Source of the DNA: Camelus ferus | Taxonomy: Eukaryota | Direction: 5' to 3' | Length of the DNA: 64,000 nt | Assembly (NCBI RefSeq): GCF_009834535.1 | Contig: NC_045697.1 | Coordinates: 101,992,001-102,056,000 of the forward strand | Part shown: positions 51,760-64,000 of the stretch, piece after piece | Layout of the letters: the number at the start of each line of letters is the position of its first letter | Position numbering within the stretch: the stretch's first letter is position 1 | Made by a program: the position numbers and the translations under genes | Notes under the pieces: generated by a model | What the model saw: the letters and a program-made list of their open reading frames with translations, nothing else | Databases searched by the model: none | What the model was told of the DNA's origin: nothing

Positions 51760-52749
51760 TATGACAGTTAATTTTGTGTCAACTTGGCCAAAATATGGTG
51801 CCCAGTTGTTTGGTCAAACACTTGACTAGATACTGCTATGATTTTGTAGATGTGATTAAGACATCAGTTGACTTAAAGAATATTTATTACATGCTTCAGA
51901 TGTACAACAAAGTGACTCAGTTTTATATATATGTATATATGCTTTTTCAGATTCTTTTCAATTATAGGTTATTACAAGATATTAAGTATAGTTTCCTGGG
52001 CTGTACAGTAGGTCCCTGCTGCTTATTTTATATATAGTAATGTATATCTATTAATCCCAAATTCCAAATTCATCCCTTCTTTCCCTTTGGTAACCATAAG
52101 TTTGTTTTCTATGTCTGTGAATCTATTTCTGTTTTGTAAATATATTCTTTTGTATTTTTTTTAGATTCTATATATAGTGATATCATATAGTACTTGTCTT
52201 TCTCTGTCTGACTTACTTCACTTAGTATGATCATCTCTAGGTCCATCCATGTTGCTGCAAATGGCATTATTCCATCCTTTTTTATGGCTGAATAGTATTC
52301 CACTATATATATGTATATTTATACACATATATATGTATATATATACACCTCACCTTTATCTATTCATCTTTTGACGGACATTTAGGCTGCTTCCATGTCT
52401 GGGCTATTGTAAATAGTGCTGCTATTCAGTTGATGTTAAGTGAAGTATAACATGGGTGGATTTCATCCAATCAGTTGAAGATAGAAAGAGCACAGATGGA
52501 GGTTTCCCCCAGGCAGAAGCAATTCTGCCTCAAGACTGCAACAGAGAAACCCCTGCCTAAGCTTCCTGCCTGCTGGCCTTCCCTGCAAATTCAGATTCAC
52601 CAGTCCCACAACTGTGTGAGCCAATAAATAAATCTCCATCTCTGTCTCTGTTTCTCTTTTTTTCTCTCTCTCACTCACACACACACACACACATACTCTC
52701 ACACATCCCTCCTACTGTTCTGTTTCTCTGGAGAACTCTGTCTAATACA
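51760..52749 (+). mobile_element. MLT2 (ERVL) LTR split by an antisense L1 (about 51880-52425)
   Basis: ttaattttgtgtcaacttggc...tctgtttctctggagaactctgtctaataca; tcagttga flanks the L1. Confidence 0.85.
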
Positions 52750-53399
52750 GTCACCATGATATTCTCCTCCACCTCTTTTTTCTCTTATACATTAAACTTT
52801 TCTAAAACTTTTCTAGATTCAGGCATCTCCTAACATGTCCTGCCATAGTTACTTATCATCATATTTACACATTCAGACCCTGTCTTCCTGTTTCATTTGC
52901 TTGTTTTAATTAAGTCAGAAGTATTCAGCACACAGGTTTTGTAGCAGAAACTCTCTGTAGGGAGAATCCTTCCCCTTCCCCAGTGAGAGAGAGAAAACAC
53001 TTTACTGCTAGCTAATTTGCCAGAGAGCTGTCAGGATTCTTTAAAATCAGATCAATCATGAAAGAAAACTTAATGGGTGGAAAAGAAAAATAAATCTCTG
53101 TTTATAAAACCAATTGAACATTCAGAACTTCTTCAAAATGGTAGAAAAGATTAGAAATATAATACAAAGACTTAGGAGTGTTTTTATATAAAATATACCT
53201 AACATCCATTCAAAGATGCTACAGAGGAAAAACGTGAGTTGCAAGAGTGATGCATTAGCAAGCATTACATCAAATGTTGTGTTGGGATATATATCCTGGT
53301 GTATTTTCTGGAGCTAAGAATTCATTGTTTGTCTGAACTTAAAATTCTGTGGCTTACGAATCTTAAGTCTTACAAAGTAGAGCCAAGTTTTCATTTTAG

Positions 53400-54358
53400 T
53401 TAGGATAGTTAAATTAGGTTCCTGGACCCAGTTCTAACATGTAGAGGGTGATGGCTTTCCACATAACACCAAGCAATTCTCAGATACCAGCAGGGTGTGC
53501 AAAAATTCACAGTTTTGATACTATCTAGCCAGAGATGGCATCAGATTCCACAGGTTAAGGGTCCAGTCCTACAAGACTGCCTGCCCCTACTCCCACCTTC
53601 CCCACTTCAGATGCCAGTCTGTTGTTACCTGTGCTGTTGACCAACTAGCTATAGACTGAAAATTCTGACAACCCCCTTCCTTGGCAACTCAATTCAGAAA
53701 CCAGTCAGAAGCCAGTCTGTTACTGGTACTTCTGATGAACAGGTTATAATTCCCAGGGAACTCAGCAGGTTCCCAAGCCCTCTCCTCAGATCTGACTGAT
53801 TTGCTAGAGCAGCTCATAGAACTCAGAAACATTTTACTTATTTGATTACTGGTGATTACAAAAGGATGTTACTTAGGAACAGCCAGATGGAAGAGACACA
53901 TAGGGCAAGGTATGGGGAAAGGGTGCTGTGAGCTTCCATGCTTTCTCCAGAAGCACCACTGTCCCCAAATCTCCATGTGTTCACCAACCTGGAAGCTCTC
54001 TGAACCCAAGCCTTTTGGAAGCTTCATTACATAGGCACGATTGATTAAATCATCGGTCACTGATGACTGAGTCAACCTCCAGTCCCTCTCTCCTCCCCAG
54101 GGGCAGTGGGTTAGGGGAGGGTGGGGTGGCAGAGGCAGTAAGACCGAAAGTTCCAACCCTCTCATCATCTGGTTGGTTCTCCTGACAACCATCCCCCATT
54201 ATTAGGTACTTTCCAAAAGACACTCCATTCACATCATTCTCAACACTTAGGAGAGCTGTGAGCCAGGATCTGTGGGTGAAGACCAAATATGTAGGAGAAA
54301 TGTATTTTGGTTACCTGAATGACCAAATACATACTTCTTACCAACCATAATATTGCAG
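53400..54358 (-). mobile_element. MER21-like LTR
   Basis: cagattccacaggttaaggg..cagtcctacaagactgc, aacagccagatggaagag, gcttcattacataggcacgattgatt. Confidence 0.75.
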
Positions 54359-56535
54359 TAGTAAAACAAGGAAATGCTATTTATTAAAAAAAAAACTGTA
54401 AGAGTGAGATTCCATGCCTGTTAAATTTCACTACAGAATTCTAAATGGATTCTATTGCAATGGTAGGTTCTGTCTTCCTGGTATGAAAATTTTAACAGTC
54501 ATATCTGACCTGCAGGAGCAACTTTCAACTCATTGAATCTAAATTCTCTTTAGTCACACTTATAGTCCACACCCTATGATCTTCCTATGCTCTGCTCATG
54601 TTGTTCATCAGACAGCCTTCTGATCAGCATTCAGCTTTCTAGAAACCTCTGCATTCCTCTGGACACCATTCATGGCGCAAAAGGAAGCTTGTTGGTGGTA
54701 TTCCATACAGATGAGTTATGCTGTTTCTATCCTTGTTCCTAATCATTGCTGTTGTCATGTCAATTGCTAACAAAGTCACAAATGCTATCCCAGAGTCACT
54801 GTTCCATCAGTTCACATGTCTGATGATTCTCCAACAAAAGGAGTTCGGAATGACTGATAAAGACCAAGACATTGTGTGTAATTAGCCCCCTCATCAAAAT
54901 AGTGACATAGACCTGAAAACTGAGTAATTTGCCTATCTTATAGTCACCTCATTTTGTCAGTGGGGGGTGAGGGGACTGCAAAAGAACTTTCCACTTGCAG
55001 CAGCTCTTGCCTAAGAGATATCAAAACTGGATGCTGTACCGGCCACAGTTGTTTCTAACCAGCCATAGCGGATAAACTGCTATGAACTTAAAGCTCCCAC
55101 CAGCCAAAGATAATCAGTGACTTTGACGTGCTCGACCCTCACCAGACCCAAATGAAGAGACTTCCATGGTCTCTGAACAGTGGGACTTGTTTTATCTATA
55201 ATATCAGTACCAGGGAATCATTCCACCTGCTGCTGCGTGCAGTCCTTAAATAGCATAATCACGATGAACTTCCTCTTTCTGGGATATACTGGTCCCTGAC
55301 TCTTCTTCCCAGGGAACCACTCTGAATTTCTTAACTGGTGTGTTTTTCCTTTCCTGCCATGTCAATAAACTCAGTGCTTATTTTTTTTTTTTATCACTGC
55401 AGTGGTCTGAGCATCTCTTTTGATAATTTCCATGTTTCTATATTGCCTACTATTTAAATTCTATCTTTTCTTTTCTTTTTTTTTTGCCAGAAGCACAGAT
55501 GAGTAAGTCCACAGTGCTAAACAAAGACTTCAGAAACAGCAAATTCCTCAAGTGGCTTTTAAAACACATCCCATTTTCCCTTTTAAAAGTGTTGCTAGTT
55601 TTACTCTTCACAGACTTTACAAGCAAATAGTTAATGGTTCATCTATTAGATGGTTTCTCTAACTATTGTTAATTGAATTTCTTAAAGCATTTGGCTTTCT
55701 GTACATGAATCAAGAAAGATACAGACTTCTGATTTCCTAAGAACTCTGTAGGAGCTGAGGGGATAGGTGGAAACACATAACAAAAGACCAACATGGCAAT
55801 TCTCAAATACTCAGTGACTTCAGATAAGATGGTCCAGAGTTTCACTGGCATCACCCAATGCCCTTGATGGGGATGTGGAAATGCCGAGGCACAGAACAGG
55901 ATGCTGCAGCTGAGGGGTGGGGAGTGCCTTAAAATTCATTTGCTAACAGAGAGTAATTTAGCTTTCAGTTCAGTGGATACTGTTAGTAAAGTGGTCACAT
56001 AAAATGCTATAAATCTATTTCTTTTATTAATGAGTTGTTGATCAGACCCTTGAAAAGATCTCGCTTCTACGTTAATTGGAACTGTGTACATCCAAGGAGA
56101 GCATCAGAAAATATTTTGACTTGTGAGAAAGTAATTTCTGTCTCTACTTCTTAAAGGATGAAGGGGGAGAAGGAGGTGAAGATGACATAGGCTGTTTTAT
56201 ACAGAAGAAATCAGTTGAGCGCAGACTGAATTTTCATTTCAATGGTCTAGTTCTTACAGCTACATTTTTTAGTTTCTGAGGAACAAACAAAAGGTTTTTC
56301 CCATGTTTTCTACTTCTGTATAAGTCCCCAGCTGTGTATAGCATCTCACCATTTTGTGCTTAATTTCAAATGCTGAGTTTCCTTGGTTATATGGTTTTTC
56401 TGGTGTGCCATAAAGGCGTAATTTAAAAAATAACAAAGCTATTCATTCAAATGGGCTTTTTCCTGACATTAGAAGAAAAGAAAAAAACATAAGAATTCTA
56501 AAGGCCATAATGAACAATAGAAAATGAAGCTAACA

Positions 56536-57875
56536 GGTGTAGGGAAAACTGGACAGCCACATGTGAATCAACGAAGTTAGAACACTCTCTCACACCATAC
56601 ACAAAAATAAACTCAAAATGGCTTAAAAATTTAAGTATAAGATAAGACACTATAAACCTCCTAGAAGAAAACATAGGCAAACTATGCTCTGACATAAATC
56701 TTAGCAATGTTCTCCTAGGGCAGTCTACCCAGGCAATAGAAATAAAAGTAAAAATAAACAAACAGGACCTAATTAAACTGATAAGCTTTTGCACAGCAAA
56801 GGAAACCATAAGCAAAACAAAAAGACAACCTATGGAATGGGAGAAAATATTTGCAAATGATGGAACTGACAAAGGCTGACAAAGGCTTAATTTCCAGAAT
56901 ATACAAACAGCTCATACAACTTAACAAAAAAACCCCAACCCAACCCCAAAATGGGTAGAAGACCTAAACAAGCAATTCTCCAATGAAGACATACAAATAG
57001 CCAATAGGCACATGAAAAAGTGCTCAATGTCACTAAATATCAGAGAAATGCAAATCAAAACTACAATGAGGTATCACCTCACACCAGTCAGAATCATTCA
57101 AAAGTCCACAAACGATATAAATGCTGAAAAGGTAAACCTCCTACACTGCTGGTAAGAATGTTGTTTGGTGCAGCTGTTATGGAAAACAGTATGGAGATTC
57201 CTCAAAAGGCTAAAAATAGACTTACCATATGACCCAGAAATCCCACTGCGTATATATCTGGAGGGAACCCTAACGCAAAGATTCATGCACCCAACGTTCA
57301 TACAGCACTACATACAATAGCCAAGACATGGAAGCAACTGAAATGTCCATCAACAGATGACTGGATAAAGAAGTTGTGGTATATTTATACAATGGAGTAC
57401 TACTCAACCATAAAAAATAATGCCATTTGCAGCAATATGGATGTCCCTGGAGAATGTCATTCTAAGTGAAGTAAGCCAGAAAGAGAAAGAAAAATACCAT
57501 AGCTATCACTAATATGTGGAATCTAAAAAAAAAAAAAAGAAAAGAAAAAAAGGAAAGAGGACACTAATGAACTCATCTACAAAACAGAAACAGACTCGTA
57601 GACCTAGTAAACAATCTTATGGTTACCAGGGAAAGGGAGTGGGAAGGGATAAATTTGGGAGTTTGAGGTTTGCAAATGTTAACCACTATATTTAAAAATA
57701 GTTAAAAAACAAATTTCTTTTGTATAGCATGGAAACTATATTTAATACCCTGTAATAACCTTTAATGAAAAAGAATATGAAAAGAAATATATGTATCTAT
57801 ATGCATGACTGGGACATTATGCTGTACACCAGAAGTTGACACACTGTAATTGACCATACTTCAATTTAAAAAAAG
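56536..57875 (+). mobile_element. 5'-truncated L1 with 16-bp TSD (1 mismatch)
   Basis: Same family as 45843-47107. TSD gaaaatgaagct(a/g)aca at 56520-56535 and 57876-57891. Confidence 0.95.
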
Positions 57876-57984
57876 GAAAATGAAGCTGACAAATGAAATT
57901 GAACATAGAAATAAACTCCATTCAGTCCCTTTGGATCTTATGAGTTGGAGGTAAAGACTATGCATGCTTTTTATGATTCTGACA

Positions 57985-58350
57985 CTAATTCCATTGCGTG
58001 TTTTTCCCAACACCACCAAGCAATTCTTTGACTCTAGTTGGATGTCCAACCATTCAACTCAGATCTGACACTATCTAGCTGGAAATTGCATCAGACCCCA
58101 CAGGTTAAAGGCTCAGTCATACAAGACTGCTCCCCTACCTCCACCCTCACATGCTGTCACCTGTGCTTCTGATCAATCTTCTATAGATCGAAGGTTCCAA
58201 CAAACCCCTTCCTTAGGTTTGATTAATTTGCTACGCAGCCCACAGAAATGAGAGAAACATTTTACTAGGTTACTAGTTTATTACAAAAGGATATAACAGG
58301 AGAGCCAGATGGAAGAGATGCATAGAGCAACATACATGGGAAGGGGAAGG
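57985..58350 (-). mobile_element. MER21-like LTR fragment
   Basis: caccaagcaattct...cagaccccacaggttaaaggctcagtc...agccagatggaagagatg; similar to the 53.4-54.3 kb element. Confidence 0.7.
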
Positions 58351-59739
58351 AGTTACTAAAAATATTGATGTACAGGATTTACCCCAGACAAATTAAATCA
58401 GAGTATTTAATAGGTTGGGAATATACTTGAGGTTTTATAAAACTCCTCAGGTAATTTAATTACACAGCAAATATTGTCACAAGGATTATATGTGCCTATT
58501 AAGTAATTCTGGAAGTATAGACTCTCTTCTTTTGTTTACCAGAATGGTAAACAATTTTTTTTAAATTAAGCTCTTTTCAGTAGAAGGTACAAGAAGTAAG
58601 AATTTTTAAACAAGCTAAACAATGTCTAACAGCTGGGCTGTAGTTGGACTGTTGACTTAAATAGAATTAGTACAACAAATGTTTGTCTTCACAGTAACAT
58701 TAGTAACTTGAAGTGTAATGGAAAAGTAATAAAATGATTATTGGTAAAGATAAAAGGAAGAGATAAATTAGGGCAAATCCAGTTCCCTCCAATCTTCTAG
58801 CTACACTTGCTTCGTATTAAATGTGGTTTATAGATTTTACCATATGATGTATACACCAGGTTCTTCCTAAACAACTGTGAATAAAGCAATGCCGGCCCAA
58901 TAATCTGGACTGGCCCGATTTTCTTGGCATTTGGAATTCCTGCCCAAAGCAAAGGAAGACTCAACCTTCCTGAACTTGCCAAACAACAACTCTTGAAATA
59001 GTATTTCCAAACCTATGTTCTATTATGCTGTGCTCTTATGCCACACTACTGTGCACAGAGAATGTTGGGCCAGGTAAGGAAACAGGTTGGAGTTAAAGAG
59101 AGATTACAAGTGGAGGAATGGGAGCCAGCACAGAGGAGCAATGACTGATGAGAATAGTCACAGCGGAGCTGTTCCCTCCATTTCCACATTAGGTGGTTCA
59201 GGCAGGTAAGTGAGTCCTAGGGGCATAAGGCTGTGGCTGGGATATACAGGCTCTGTAGAATTTTGACTGTCAGAGATGCCTTCCAGATATTCCGACTATA
59301 CCATGCACCAGCCATCTCCTACTTAGGTCTCTTTTCCTAATAAATGAATTCACAGGAAAGAAAAATTGGAACTGCAAAGGAAAATCAATTTAAAGCATGA
59401 AAGGTGAAATTATGTAAAAAAAAATTACCCTTTCATGCTTAATGAATCAAAGACAATGTGTCTGCCAGCGTGAAGCCATTTTATCAGAAAATAGCTCAGG
59501 TGAAACAGTAAAGGAAAGGGCATGACCAAGTCCAACTCCATCACACATGACAAAATGAGGGAAGAGAAACATTGCAGATGAACAAACTGTATTCAGAGGT
59601 TCATAAAATCGGAGTGTTTAAATTTAGAGAGTACTTTTTCATGAATCTCTTCTCAGTGCACCAAAATTAACATTTAGGATGATTTCTAACTAAGTGTTTC
59701 AGTCAACTTACCTTTTGAAATAAAAGTTAAAGGTGTAAA

Positions 59740-61060
59740 TTAAAAAAAAAATTTACAATCACAAAAAAGAATAAAATACCTAGGAATAAATTTAACCAAG
59801 GAGGTAGAAGTTCTGCACACTGAAAACTATAAAACATTGTTGAAAGAAATTGAAGACAACACAAAGAAACAGAAAGATAGTCTGTACTTCTGGACTGAAG
59901 GAATTAACGTTGTTAAAATGTCCACATTATCTAGAGAAATTTACAGATTCAGTGCAATCTTCATAAAAATCTCAATGACGTTTTTCACAGACATAAAACA
60001 AAAAAACTGTAAAATTTATATGGAACCACAAAAGACCCTTAATAGCCAAAGCAATCCTGAAAAAAAAAAAAAGCAAAGTTGAAGGTATCACATTATGGAA
60101 TATATTCACATTCTGTTACAAAGCTATAATCAAAACAGCATGGTATTGGGAGAAAAACAGACACATAGATCAATGGAACAGATCTGGGAGCCCAGAAATA
60201 AATCCATCCATACATAGACAATTAATTTACAACAAAGGAGAAAAGAACATACAATGGAGAAAGAATGGTGTCTTCAGTAAATAGTGTTGGGAAAACTGGA
60301 CAGCCACATAGGAAAGGAAGAAACTAGACCACTATCTCACATCATACACAAAAGTCAACTCAAAATAGATTAAAGACTTGAATGTTGAACATGAAACCAT
60401 AAAACTCTTAGAAGAAAATACAGGCAGTACATTCTTTGACACTAGTCTTATATCTTTCTGGATGTCTCCTCAGGTAGGGGAAATAAAAGCAAAATAAACA
60501 AATGGGACTACATCAAACTAAAAAACTTCTGCATAGCAAAGGAAACCATCAATAAAATAAAAAGACAACCTACTGAATGGGAGAAGAGATTTGCAAATCA
60601 TATCTCTGATAAGGGGTTAATATCCAAAATATATAAAGCACTTACACAACTCTTGTTGAGTTGAAAATACTCAACAAGAAGAAAACAAGCAACCTGATTG
60701 AAAAATGGGCAGAGGCATCGATAGACATTTTCCTAAAGAAGACATGCAGATGAAATAAGTTAGACGAAGAAAGACAAAAGCTGTATGATTTCACTCATAA
60801 GTGAAATATAAAAAATAAAAAACTGAACAAACTAAACCAAATAAAAACAAGCATACAGATACAGAGAACAGAGTAGCTGTTACCAGGGGAGGAGGAGGTG
60901 AGGGGAGGGTGAAATATGTAAAAGGGGTCAACTGTATGGTGATGGATAGAGACAAGCTTTTGGTGGTGAGCATACTGCAGTGTATACAGAAATAGGAACA
61001 AAATATTGTACACTTAAAACTTATATAATGTTATATGTGCTGTTATAAACCAAAAAAAAA
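59740..61060 (+). mobile_element. L1 ORF2 fragment plus 3' UTR, with an internal deletion near 60750
   Basis: aaaatacctaggaataaatttaaccaaggagg; peptide LKEIEDNTKK...IYRFSAI. aaaggtgtaa is present on both flanks. Confidence 0.9.
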
Positions 61061-61977
61061 GGCAAAGGTGTAACTTTGGCAAAATGCTCTACAGGCTTGA
61101 GGGCCACTGATAGAAATCACAGTTTGAAAGGTTGTCCAGGGAGTTCTAGGTCTTTTATTTCGAGCAAAAGAGAATTCTCTGCCATCTGAGAAGTTTTAAA
61201 TTAAAGACACCCTACCTTTGCTAAACCCATTGTTTCTTAAACATATTTAAAAACAGAATAGAATATTTTTTCTTTTCAATATGACCCTTTTTCATAACCA
61301 GTTCTATGGGACTCCATCCAGGAAATGACACGTAAATTACTTTGAAGTCATGCCAAAACTACCTGAAAAAATTAAATTCATTCCATCAGTGCTTCTCAAA
61401 ACTTACACCAAAATAATCCAAAGGGCAGAGAGAGTGCATCTGTCCTGAGGAGGGGCAAGGAACAGGACCTGGGGCTATGGCTATGACCTCTAAAGTCTGA
61501 GATATCTTTAAAATTCCCTATGGATTTTGTATTCTGCTTCATAATACATGCACTTGTATTGATAGAAAAGTAAAACTCTGGTCAGTTTGTTGATGTCAAA
61601 TTTTCTGAGTCTTCCCACACCCCCTCACTCATGGACACCACCTCATATTAATGACCAATATTACTTGTAACAACTGTTATTGAAGCTGTGAAGTCTCTTC
61701 AGAAAAAAGATCACAAGCCTGGGTTACTGACTGTCTCTAACGTATTACACTACACACTTCTCACCCCATCGTAATTATAAACTTGAAAATAACTCCTTGG
61801 TGCATACTCAGAAAATGCCTAAGCCTAAATATAATTTCAAAAGAAATTCAATTGCTTTCCTATCAATTGGCAATCATTATTACTTTTCCTACTGGGAAAA
61901 AAAAAAAAGATTTCCCCAAGGCACCAAGGAGAGCTGATATCAAGAAGCCCTGGGTTCTCAAAGCTGAGGGGAAGGCT

Positions 61978-62965
61978 TCCACTCCTAGGTATACACCCAA
62001 GAGAAATGAAAACATACATCCACACAAAAACATGTTCATGAACGTTCTTAACGGTATTATTCATAATAGCCCCAAAGTGGAGGACGCAATCCAAATGTCC
62101 ATCAACTAATGAGTAGATAAATAAAAAGTGGCCTATCCACACCATGGGATATTACTCTTCTGTAAAGGGAATGAAATATATACTGATACAAGCTACAACA
62201 TGGATGAACCCTGAAAACATTAGGCTAAGTGACGGAAGACAGAGAAAGACCACATATGATATGATTCCATTTATATGAAAGGTCCTTAGGAGGCAAAATT
62301 ACAGAGACAAAGTAGATTAGGGGTTGCCAGGGCCTAGGGTGGGGAGGTGAGGTGCAGGAAAATGGGAGTGACTACCAATGGGTATGCGTATCTTTCTAGG
62401 GGGTGAAAATATTCTAAAATTAGATTGTGATGATGGCTGCATATACTGTGCATACACTAAAAACCACTGAATTGTATACTTTAATTACACAAATCATATT
62501 AATTTATTAATATATTACTATAGTATTAATAAATTAGCATTATATATTAATATATAAGCTATTAATAATTCAGTATAATATTTAAAATATTGTATAATTT
62601 TATATATTACATTTTTTACATTACATGAAATTACATTTGGAATTTGAAATAAATTGATTTTGTGAAAAAAAAACTGCTTACAGGGGAAAGGGGATGGTAG
62701 AGAGATAAATTGGGAGTTTGGGATTTGCAGATACTAACTACTATATATAAAATAAATCAACAACAAACTTCCTCTGTACAGCACAGGGAACTATATTCAA
62801 TATCTTATAGATATCTATAATGAAAAAGAGTATGAAGAGGAATATATATATGTGTATGTACAACTGAATCACTATGCTGTATACCAAAAACTAACACAAC
62901 ATTGTAAACCGATTATCCTTCAATTAAAAAAAAAAAAAACAAAAGAACAAAAACAAAAACAAAAC
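61978..62965 (+). mobile_element. Old L1M 3' end followed by an AT-rich tract and a younger short L1 3' end
   Basis: ccactcctaggtatacacccaagagaaatgaaaaca...; then gataaattgggagtttgggatttgcagatact...caattaaaaaaa. Confidence 0.85.
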
Positions 62966-63807
62966 TAAGGGAAAAGTGAAGCTGCAGGGGTGGCTGGTCA
63001 CTTATATTCAACAATACAGAACATAGACAATCTAGAAGGGAATTGTTTAGAGCTGTTTGCAAACTTTCTGCTGTTTGAATTTAAAAAAGCACAAGGAAAA
63101 ATCCAAGCTTTGTATATCTGCAGGCACCAAATGGAATTCAACAAGAGATGCCAGAACTATTTCATACATTTCTTGACTGTTCATTGTAGCAAATGAGCCC
63201 CACTTTACTATTCTGTAGTCATAATTATACTATTTCTGTAACACACTTGCATTTATCAAGAAACATACTAATCACATACATGTACTTGTTTGTATCATAA
63301 TGGTTTCTCCGACAGCCTAAGCCTTCGTTTCTCCATACAGTAGGCTTATGGTGACTGAAAATTCTTCTTAAGATATTTTAATAAAAATAATCCACTTAGA
63401 CCTAGTGGGTGCATGCTGAATATTCAAGAAAGTCTGATAAACTAGTTAATAGCGTTCTTAGACTTTTAGGGCTGGAAGGGCCTTTGCAGATGAACGGTTC
63501 AGCCTCTTCAGACATCAGGGGAGGACCAGCCCTGCACCACGCAGAGCTAGCAGGCAGCACAGCTGGACTCCCACTCAGGTCTCCGATTCCCAGGCTTCTA
63601 CTTTCCCACTCAGCCTGTCTTCCACATGATAATTCACCACAGTGATGTTGATAATAAATAAGGTTTTAATTGGTTACTAGAGCGCCAAAATCAGTCACAG
63701 TACTCTTCAGTTGTACAGTGGTTAACTATAGTTTATAAAGAGCTTCCACACAGATAATTTTATGAGACTCATCACACCCTATGAACCAGGCAGGAATCAG
63801 CCCCTCT

Positions 63808-64000
63808 ATTTTATTTTTATTGAAGTGTAGTCGATTTACAATGTTGTGCTAATTTCTGGTATACAGTATAGTGATTCAGTTATACACATGTATGCATTTA
63901 TATTCCTTTTCATATTCTTTATCATTATAGGTTATTACAGGATATTGAATATAGTTCCCTGTGCTATACAGTATAAACTTGCTGTTTATCTGTTTTATAT
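63808..64000 (-). mobile_element. L1 3' end (runs off the window)
   Basis: ttattgaagtgtagtcgatttacaatgttgtg...gatattgaatatagttccctgtgctataca. Confidence 0.88.

Noticed and set aside
54875..55432. Possible old LTR (TG start, AATAAA near 55364, CA end)
   Set aside because: Plausible, but I could not support the family or boundaries without a repeat search.
39875..64000. FREM3 exon 2 (about 90 nt, ADIDEMKICYVL-like)
   Set aside because: Not found by eye in this interval. It probably lies beyond the window in a long intron 2, so its absence here is not evidence of deletion.
1..64000. CRISPR arrays, operons or other prokaryotic systems
   Set aside because: The sequence is clearly mammalian, and there is no regular repeat-spacer structure.

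Overview
Mammalian genomic DNA, most likely a camelid: it carries several tRNA-Ala-derived vic-1-like SINEs, and I saw no Alu or Bov-A/Bov-B elements. The window holds the 3' part of FREM3 on the minus strand, six exons encoding the Calx-beta repeats. I number them 3-8 by analogy with human FREM3/FREM2; exons 1-2 should lie beyond the right edge. The introns are rich in L1, LTR, SINE and DNA-transposon relics. Two observations stand out. (1) Downstream of the FREM3 stop codon, at about 2.1-6.6 kb, lie four decayed exons in correct order and orientation that match the next four exons of the paralog FREM2. The FREM3 C-terminus itself arises by read-through of the old exon-8 donor. Together these record how a longer FREM2-like gene was truncated. 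(2) Exon 6 has a 1-bp insertion (253 nt rather than 252) that gives a stop five codons later, so FREM3 may be newly inactivated here, or this is an assembly error. All protein comparisons use FREM2/FREM3 sequences recalled from memory, and repeat family names come from pattern recognition. No search was run.
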